Below, piece by piece: positions 57,501 to 64,000 of a stretch of DNA of 64,000 nucleotides (the stretch's first letter is position 1; every line of letters starts with the position of its first letter). The translations under genes and the position numbers were made by a program. The notes under the pieces are model-generated. The model ran no database searches, was not told the origin of the DNA, and saw nothing but the letters and a program-made list of their open reading frames with translations. The stretch is taken from positions 1,336,225 through 1,400,224 of the forward strand of contig CAVVHT010000009.1 in the NCBI GenBank assembly GCA_963748235.1. The letters are read 5' to 3'. This DNA comes from an uncultured Chloroflexia bacterium. GTDB taxonomy: Bacteria > Chloroflexota > Limnocylindria > Limnocylindrales > CSP1-4.

Positions 57501-58558
57501 CTGCTCGAAGTCGAAGTTGACCGAGCACCGACTGGCCAGCTCGCCGGCGTTTCTGACGCCCTCTGCCCAGGCAACGGCCACCCGTTCGCCGAGCGCACCG
57601 CTGCCCGGTGGCAGGGCCAGCATCTCGGCCTCGCTCTTCAGGAAGTACTCGCCGTTCGGCCGGCGCAGGTGCGCACTTTCCTCGAGCGACTTGCCGTGCT
57701 TGATGCACACCAGCACGTCCTGCAGCTCCCTGTCGTCCGGCCGCGCGTAGTGAGCGTCGTTGGTCACGACCAGCGGCAGCCCGACCTGCGCGGCGAGCGT
57801 CACCGTCTCGCCGACCAGCCAGTCGTCGTCGGGCAGAAGGTGGTGCTGCAGCTCGAGATAGAAGCTGTCGGCGCCGTCCGCGCTGCTCGCGCCGAACATC
57901 TGCGCCAGTGCTCGCGCGGCGACCTCCGCCCCGTCCGATCCCCGGCCAGCAATCGCCGCGCGATCTCGCCGTGGCGGCAGCCGGAAAGCGCCACCAGCCC
58001 TTCCGTGTTGCGTGCCAAGAGCTCATGAGTGAACCGCGGCGCGCCCTTCGTGCCGGCGAGATGTGCGCCGCTGGCCAGCCGGCACAGGCTGCGGTAGCCG
58101 GTCATGTCGCGCGCCAGCAGGACGAGATGCGGCCCGAGCTCGCGTGGCCGCACGCCGCGTAGATCCTCGCGTCGCGGCACGCGATGACCGGGTGGCCGCA
58201 GTCGATCGGTCGTCGGCTTGGTCGCCCTGCCCTCCGCAGGCAGCAGCGATCCCGCGACCTCAACGTTTCCGCTCTCCGTCCGACCACGCCGCTTCCGCCG
58301 GCGAAGCGGCACGACCAGGCCACTTGGATCGGGCGCCACCGAGTCGAGCAGCTCGATCTCCAGGCCGACGATCGGCCGTAGCCCCACCTCCTGTGCCGCG
58401 GTGGCAAAGCGGACGGCGCCGTAGAGGCCCTGGTGATCGGTCACTGCGAGCGCCGACAGGCCCAGCTCAACGGCTCTTTCGGCCAGATCGTCGACCGGCG
58501 AAGCGCCGTCGAGGAACGAGAAGTTGGAGTGGCAGTGGAGCTCGGCAAAGTCGGCCAT
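54549..58558 (-). CDS. dnaE2: Error-prone DNA polymerase III alpha DnaE2/ImuC (indel near 57930)
   Basis: ELHCHSNFSFLDG PHP start, GRGSAG, PDVDIDF, FQIESRAQM, NAQPMGFY, TRQHPMTARG; LexA box upstream. Confidence 0.93.
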
Positions 58559-58570
58559 GCCTGAGTCAAT

Positions 58571-58588
58571 ATAGAACGTCTGTTCTAT
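58571..58588. promoter_or_regulatory. LexA (SOS) box upstream of dnaE2
   Basis: ATAGAAC-GTCT-GTTCTAT overlapping minus-strand -10 TATATT. Confidence 0.88.
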
Positions 58589-58646
58589 CAACACAACAAG
58601 CTCCGAGGACAGAATCGGCCGACCCTGCTTTCATAAACAGGCATCC

Positions 58647-59573
58647 ATGTCCCGACGAAATCTTTCGCTTGCCCTCGTCCTCGTCCTTTCCGTCGCCGCG
58701 CTGGTCGGTGCGATAGCGCTTGTCAACGGCGGCCTGGGCAGCGGCAGCCCCAACTCGGCCGACTCCAGCCCGACTGCCGGGCAGCCCGGCCAGACCGCCC
58801 CGACCGGTGGTACGGCGCCCACTGCGGCGCCCAGCCCGGGCCAGCCGACCGACGGCAATCCAACCGACGGCGGACCGGGCCCGACGGCAACCGACACGCC
58901 GGCACCGGGCGAGACGCCCGACCTGAGCAAGTCGGCGGCCATCGAGCGCAGCCGGCCACCGGCCGAGCTCACCGGCTACGTCTGGCCGCTGCGCAACGCG
59001 CTCATCACCAGTCGTTTCGCGGCCCGCGATTTCGGCGGTTTCGTGATCATCGACGACCGCGAGATCCACGACGGGCTCGACCTGGCCACGCACTGTGGTG
59101 ACGAGATCCGCGCCGCGCATGATGGGACTGTCATCTATGCCGGCCGCGACTTCGACGTGTTCCTGGGCTACCACGGCGACGCGGCTGAGATCTACGACCG
59201 CCTGGAGCGGCTGGGCCGGGTCAACACGTTGCCGATCGTGATCGTCATCGACGACGGCAATGGCTATCGCAGCGTCTATGTCCACCTGAACCGAGCCGAC
59301 GTGGTTCCCGGCCAGGTCGTCAGCGCGGGCGATGTCATCGGCGCCGAGGGCGCCACAGGCTTTGCGACCGGTTGCCACCTGCATTACGGCCTGATCCGAA
59401 TGGACAGCGGCTGGCAGGATGTCGTGCCGCGTCTGGCGCGCTTCGGCTACCCTTCCAAGGTGCGCGAGCGGGTCGACCCGTTGAAGGTCCTGCCGTGGGG
59501 CGATCAGTTCGCGCCACAGCGGCTACAGGACCGGGTCAACGCCACGCCCACGCCGGCGGCCAGCCCGACTTAG
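58647..59573 (+). CDS. M23 family metallopeptidase, membrane-anchored or secreted
   Basis: HDGLD (HxxxD), YVHL, TGCHLHY (HxH); N-terminal TM and PT linker. Confidence 0.9.
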   Translation: MSRRNLSLALVLVLSVAALVGAIALVNGGLGSGSPNSADSSPTAGQPGQTAPTGGTAPTAAPSPGQPTDGNPTDGGPGPTATDTPAPGETPDLSKSAAIERSRPPAELTGYVWPLRNALITSRFAARDFGGFVIIDDREIHDGLDLATHCGDEIRAAHDGTVIYAGRDFDVFLGYHGDAAEIYDRLERLGRVNTLPIVIVIDDGNGYRSVYVHLNRADVVPGQVVSAGDVIGAEGATGFATGCHLHYGLIRMDSGWQDVVPRLARFGYPSKVRERVDPLKVLPWGDQFAPQRLQDRVNATPTPAASPT

Positions 59574-59603
59574 GCGCCGGCTCTCTCTAGCCGCACGCGC
59601 CCG

Positions 59604-59620
59604 TGTCACGAAATTGTCAC
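59604..59620 (+). promoter_or_regulatory. Direct repeat TGTCAC-N5-TGTCAC (OmpR/PhoB-type site)
   Basis: 11-bp period TGTCACGAAATTGTCAC upstream of two small ORFs. Confidence 0.45.
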
Positions 59621-59763
59621 GGCAAGGGAGCCGGGCATTGCTGACTCAGTCGGCTGGGTAAATGACGATGCCGCACGTCATGAGAGCGACTCCGCCAGAG
59701 AACCTAACCGTCCTTAATCGCCAGCCACGTCACACGTCATCTCCGCTGGCCGTCACACGGTCG

Positions 59764-59886
59764 ATGGAGACCTTGCGCGCCGCGATGCCGTTTGTTCGCG
59801 TGCTTGTCCTGGCCGGCCTGGTGATTCTGTTGGTGATGGTCGTTCTGCCCGCGATGCTTGGCATCGCCGCGGCGGCGGCTCGCTGA
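59764..59886 (+). CDS. Small single-TM protein (start could be 59662)
   Basis: METLRAAMPFVRVLVLAGLVILLVMVVLPAMLGIAAAAAR. Confidence 0.55.
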   Translation: METLRAAMPFVRVLVLAGLVILLVMVVLPAMLGIAAAAAR

Positions 59887-59903
59887 CCCGTATCCTTTGG
59901 CGG

Positions 59904-60023
59904 ATGCGTCCGCCGATTAGCCAGGTCATCGCCGCCGCGGTCCTGTTCGTGGTGCTTGCTGGTCTGGTCGTGTCCATCGTGCTGATGACCGTTCCACCCG
60001 AGGGGCCGCCGACTCTTCGCTGA
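59904..60023 (+). CDS. 39-aa single-TM protein (absent from ORF track)
   Basis: MRPPISQVIAAAVLFVVLAGLVVSIVLMTVPPEGPPTLR; TATCCT -10 at 59891-59896 suggests leaderless start. Confidence 0.55.
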   Translation: MRPPISQVIAAAVLFVVLAGLVVSIVLMTVPPEGPPTLR

Positions 60024-60027
60024 CCCG

Positions 60028-60055
60028 CGTCACACACGGCGGACCGCTGCTCGTC
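60028..60055 (+). promoter_or_regulatory. ECF41-like promoter
   Basis: CGTCACA-N17-CGTC versus recalled consensus TGTCACA-N16-CGTC, ending 3 nt before the hairpin RNA. Confidence 0.4.
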
Positions 60056-60058
60056 CCA

Positions 60059-60158
60059 GAGATCAAAGCGGCTGTGCCCAATCCGACGCCGGTCTCCTCC
60101 TCCCTGGCGTTGGAATGAGCGCTCCATCTTGATCTCGGCCCCGGTCTCCCCCGGGGTC
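60059..60158 (+). ncRNA. Candidate two-hairpin sRNA with CU-rich anti-SD loops (6C/cuckoo-like)
   Basis: Stem GAGATCAA/TTGATCTC closing TCCGACGCCGG/CTGGCGTTGGA with loop TCTCCTCCTC; second hairpin GGCCCCGG-TCTCCC-CCGGGGTC; G-U pairs favour + strand. Confidence 0.55.
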
Positions 60159-60190
60159 GAGTCATGTCCGGGCACGCTGTGCGACGAGCT

Positions 60191-60440
60191 TCAGTCATAG
60201 ACGCGCTCGAGATGCCAGGTCTGGTCGATGCGGTCGAGGTAGACCAATGCCAGCAGCCGCTGGCCGGCCAGCTTGTAGTAGTCGCGACTGACCGGCCGGC
60301 GCCACCAGGCCTCATCGACCCGCCACCGATTGCACACCTCGACCTGCTCAGCTGCCGCCGTCCCAGCGCAGCCGCCACGGCCGGCCCTGCGCGTCCAGGT
60401 CGACGTCAATCAACGGGTGGTGGCCGAGCAGCCTGGTCAC
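60191..60440 (-). CDS. Small DUF6504-like protein coupled to imuB (frameshifted)
   Basis: GTG overlaps imuB stop; VEVCNRWRVDEAWWRRPVSRDYYKL..WHLERVYD. Confidence 0.72.
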
Positions 60441-61685
60441 GAGATGCTCGACAAGGGAGTGGCCGTGGCGGCGGCCCACTCCGTGCGCTGCTCGGCCAGG
60501 GTTGCCTCGGGATCCAGGACGCGTGCTCGCAGCAGCCGGTCGGCGCCGAAGCGCAGGGCAAGGCCGGTCAGCTGCCAGTCGAGCCGCGCGGCACGCGCCA
60601 GCTGCGGCGCGAAGAGTCCCAGCTGCTGGCCGGCGGCCACCTGCTCGCCGCGCAGCTCGAGCGCGAGGCGCGTCACCGCCGCAGCCGGCGGAGTGGCGGA
60701 CAGGCGCGCGAAGAGCAATCGTTCGAGCAGGTCCGAGGCAGCGGTCGGCTCGGGCAGCTGCTGTTCGAGGATGAGCGGCTGGCCGCGCTCAACGTCCAGC
60801 TCCAGCACGGCCCGGGTCGCGCCCGCGCCACGTGCCGCGAGCTGCTCGCACAGCGCCTGGCTCAGGTTGCGCAACAGGAAACGGAGCGGCTCGAGCGAGT
60901 CGACCGGTGGCTCGAGCTCCGCTTCGGCGCGCAGCTGCTCGACCGGTTTCATCGGCCGCAGCCGGCGTCCGTCCATGCCCCGCGCCAAGTCGTGCAGCTC
61001 GCCGCCCTGCGCGCCGAAGCGGGCAATCACCGCCGAGTGCGACAGCGCCGCGAACTCGCCGATGCGCGTCAGGCCGAAGACGCGCAGCCGCTCGTGCGTC
61101 TCCTCATCTGCGGGCAGCAAGCGGATCGAGAGCGGCGCCAGGTAAGCCCGACTCGGTCGCGCCGTCGCCAACCGTGATGCGCTCGAGACGGCCGCCACCG
61201 ACCACCGCCGCCACCTGCGCGCCGAAGCGCGTGTTGCCGATCCCCACTCGTGGCTGTCCGGGCAACAGCGTGCCCACCACCTCCAGCAGGCGGCCGGCGA
61301 GCACCTCCTCGTCGCCCCACAGCCGGTGCAGCCCCTCGATGCCGAGCATCACCTGGCCGAAGCGTCGCGCACCCGGATCGAGCTCCGCCTCGAGCGCCGG
61401 CGTGAAGGCCGACAGCGCGTCGAGCGCCGCCTCCATCGAGCGTCGGTATGTCTCGCGATCGGCGGCCAGGAACTTCGCCTCCGGCACCAGCCGATGGGCC
61501 GTGCCGAGCGGTTGGTCGCGCGTCACGCCCAGGCGTCGCGCGGCAGGGCTGCAATCGAGCACCGTGCCCTGCTCCCAGGGCTGGCCGCCAACGACGACCG
61601 CCTCCGGCAGAGGGTCGACGGATTCGGCGCGGGCCGCCTCGATCCGATAGCAGAGGTGCGGCCAGTCGAGATAAAGAAGTCGCAT
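60437..61685 (-). CDS. imuB: ImuB, catalytically degenerate Y-family polymerase (indel near 61150)
   Basis: LDCSPAARRLGV, RVFGLTRIGEFAAL..ARFG, beta-clamp motif QLGLF, RFGADRL. Confidence 0.85.
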
Positions 61686-61788
61686 TGGATGTGGGTACGC
61701 CGTTTTCGTGCCAGCTAGGTCGTCGTAAATCAGTCGATAGAGAAGTGGTTCCTGTCAGTGGCGCTGTAGTGGGACTGAGTCGGTGCCG

Positions 61789-62676
61789 TTAGCCGACCGC
61801 TACGACGGGTTGGAAGAGGGGCGTCACCTTGTCCGACGACAGTGGGTCGGTCGCCGCGAATCGATCGAGCGCCCCTTCGTGCTCACCGTCGGCCAGATAG
61901 CGGATCTCGATCTCTGTCTCGCGACCCGGTGGACCGAAGCGGTTCTTGGCCACGTTGACCGACACGCTGCGGCCGACGACGTCGCGCCCGGCACGCAGCC
62001 AGGCACGCTGCTCGAGCTCGAGACGCAGCGAAACAGACTCAGCCAGGGCGCCATGGACCGCCGCCGTCAGGCTGGTCGGCTCGAGCACGATCATGCGCAC
62101 GCTGGAGCGGCGGGCATGAGCAGCCAGGCGGCGCAGTGGCGCGTCATGGCTGGCGCGCATTCGCTCGGGCAGGTCGATCACCAGCAGGTCGATCTGGCGA
62201 CCGCCGACCAGCGCGGCGGCAAGTGCCCAGCCTTCATCCACGTCCGCCGGACGGACAACGAGCAGCCAGCGCAGGTCAACGCCACGACCAGCCGCCTCGA
62301 GCGGATCGAAGATGCGGCACAGGTCGAGAAAGGCCACGATCCCGCCGCGTGCCTGGGCCTGGGCAAGGCAGTGCAGCGCAAGCGCGGTCTTGCCGCTCGA
62401 CCGGGCGCCACGGAAAGAGGCGCTGGCGCCGCGTGGCAGGCCGCCGGTGCCGAGCAGCGCGTCGAGCCGAGCGAAGCCGGTCGGCACGATCTCGTCCGGG
62501 AGTGCCGACGGCGCCGCCTCCAAATCAGGGTCGGCCTCGGCGGGCGCCAGGGCAAGCGCGCCATCGACCAGCGTGGGAGATACGCCGGTCGAGCCAAGGC
62601 CGACCCTGACCGCCGCGCTACCCCAGCGCGACTCGAGTCGGGCGAGAGCGGAACCCAGTGCGGGGTCGGCGGGCAT
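61789..62676 (-). CDS. imuA: ImuA-type RecA homologue
   Basis: LESRWG, PTGFARLDALLGTGGLPRG, GARSSGKT, LLVID, KNRFGPPG; first gene of a LexA-boxed operon. Confidence 0.8.
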   Translation of the reverse strand: MPADPALGSALARLESRWGSAAVRVGLGSTGVSPTLVDGALALAPAEADPDLEAAPSALPDEIVPTGFARLDALLGTGGLPRGASASFRGARSSGKTALALHCLAQAQARGGIVAFLDLCRIFDPLEAAGRGVDLRWLLVVRPADVDEGWALAAALVGGRQIDLLVIDLPERMRASHDAPLRRLAAHARRSSVRMIVLEPTSLTAAVHGALAESVSLRLELEQRAWLRAGRDVVGRSVSVNVAKNRFGPPGRETEIEIRYLADGEHEGALDRFAATDPLSSDKVTPLFQPVVAVG

Positions 62677-62685
62677 GCATCGATC

Positions 62686-62703
62686 ATAGAACAAATGTTC
62701 TAT
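62686..62703. promoter_or_regulatory. LexA (SOS) box in the spacer of the imuA promoter
   Basis: ATAGAAC-AAAT-GTTCTAT between minus-strand TTGACG (62710-62705) and TATGAT (62688-62683). Confidence 0.9.
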
Positions 62704-62737
62704 TCGTCAAGAGACTTGGTGGGTTACGATCGACCCG

Positions 62738-63856
62738 ATGACTGACTCTCCGAACGACCGGCCAGCCCCGGTTCCCGACCCGACCGATCCGCCGCCCGCC
62801 GCGCCACCGCCGCCGCCGGCAACCAACCTGGACGACTCACCAACGGTCGTCATGCCGGCCGCCGCCGCTCCCGTGGCTGCCACTCCTCCGCCGCCGGCTT
62901 ACACGTCGGCAACACCGCCGCCCGTCTATCCACCAGGCACTCCGCCCCCCGGCTACCCCGGCGGGCCGCCTGCCTACCCACCGCCGCCGTACGCTTATCC
63001 CCCGCCCCCGCCCCCGCCACCGAGCGGGCGAAACATGACGCCATGGATCATCGGCGGTGGTGTGGCCCTGCTCCTGCTGCTGATCACCGCAGCCCTGTTT
63101 GCTTTCAACCTCGGACCATTCGCGCCACGTCCGTCGGCGTCGGCTGCGGCGTCTGCCTCGCCGAGCCTGCTGCCCAGCGCCTCCCCTTCGCCGACGGTCG
63201 CGTTCACGCCGTCGCCGACGCCCTCGGCCAGCGCTTCGCCGAGCCTCGAGCCGACGGTCAGCCCGACACTCGAGCCGACGGCCAGCGCCAGCCCGAGTGC
63301 CTCGGCCACGCTCGAGCCGACAGCATCGCCATCACCATCGCCGACTGTCGCCGAGACGCCAACCGGGCCACCAACACCATCGCCGACCAGTCCCATCCCG
63401 CCGACGACGCTGCCGACCGGCGATCCGAGCCTGGTCCTCTTGAGCCACGTCCCACAGGAGCTAGTCGCGACGTGTGTCTCGACGCCGGGCATCGCACCGG
63501 CGCTGGCAATCGCATCGTGCAGCCAGGACGAGGGCGAGCTGCTCGTCGTCTACACCCTGTATGGATCGCGCGACGAAATGAACGCCGGCTACCAGGCCTT
63601 CGTTGAGACGGCCCAGATCGAGCCCGATACTGGCAATTGCGAAGTGTCCACGACCTGGCCGGCCGAGCACGGGTACAACCTCGCCGACGTTCCGACTGGC
63701 CGCTACCTGTGCATCGCAACGGGTGTCGAGCCGGCCGTCATTCCCACGATCTACTGGACCGACGATCGCTTCAACATTCTCAGTCAAGCGTCCGACGTGC
63801 TCGGCGACTACGAGCGCCTGGTCGAGTTCTGGATGCGCGAGGCGGGCCCGGTCTAG
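62738..63856 (+). CDS. Proline-rich single-TM protein with Cys-containing extracellular domain
   Basis: PPPY-rich N-terminus, TM at ~aa 100-125, SP/PT linker, domain with four Cys and YWTDD. Confidence 0.8.
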   Translation: MTDSPNDRPAPVPDPTDPPPAAPPPPPATNLDDSPTVVMPAAAAPVAATPPPPAYTSATPPPVYPPGTPPPGYPGGPPAYPPPPYAYPPPPPPPPSGRNMTPWIIGGGVALLLLLITAALFAFNLGPFAPRPSASAAASASPSLLPSASPSPTVAFTPSPTPSASASPSLEPTVSPTLEPTASASPSASATLEPTASPSPSPTVAETPTGPPTPSPTSPIPPTTLPTGDPSLVLLSHVPQELVATCVSTPGIAPALAIASCSQDEGELLVVYTLYGSRDEMNAGYQAFVETAQIEPDTGNCEVSTTWPAEHGYNLADVPTGRYLCIATGVEPAVIPTIYWTDDRFNILSQASDVLGDYERLVEFWMREAGPV

Positions 63857-64000
63857 TTCGGGGCGGCCCACTCCGGCTCGAGCGACGGCAGCTGCTCAGA
63901 CTGAATCGATGAGTCGACTTGGATTGCAACGGGATCCGAGCCGGAGCTGATCCCATACTTGGCGCGCTCGACGCGTTCCTTGATCCCGATCATCTGCTTG
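63853..64000 (-). CDS. 3' end of a gene entering from the right edge (partial)
   Basis: KQMIGIKERVERAKYG..EPEWAAPN-stop; resembles SRPBCC-type C-terminal helix. Confidence 0.5.
   Translation of the reverse strand, partial: KQMIGIKERVERAKYGISSGSDPVAIQVDSSIQSEQLPSLEPEWAAPN

Overview
High-GC bacterial chromosomal window, probably Chloroflexota (Limnocylindria-like; inferred from gene content, GAAC-N4-GTTC LexA boxes and many leaderless starts). Patches of single-base indels look like long-read assembly errors. The backbone is the conserved rpsT/lepA-hemW-hrcA-grpE-dnaK-dnaJ-prmA-HIT order with a perfect CIRCE, broken by inserted blocks, followed by eno-pgk-gap-ROK-udp, a large lamin-tail/OB-fold surface protein and a split SOS mutagenesis cassette (imuA-imuB-small ORF // dnaE2) with two LexA boxes. 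Most notable: (i) a catabolic-looking island with a phenylphosphate-synthase-alpha-like His-phosphotransferase co-transcribed with a three-subunit molybdenum hydroxylase, plus a transaldolase, SDR, MBL hydrolase and a truncated PPDK fused to an Rv1126c-like domain; (ii) an unannotated two-hairpin sRNA candidate with anti-Shine-Dalgarno loops and an ECF-type promoter inside the SOS cassette; (iii) ribosomal protein S20 with a histone-H1-like tail; (iv) three palindromic repeat clusters at convergent gene ends. No rRNA, tRNA, CRISPR array, integrase or transposase was seen. Family assignments come from recalled motifs, not database searches.
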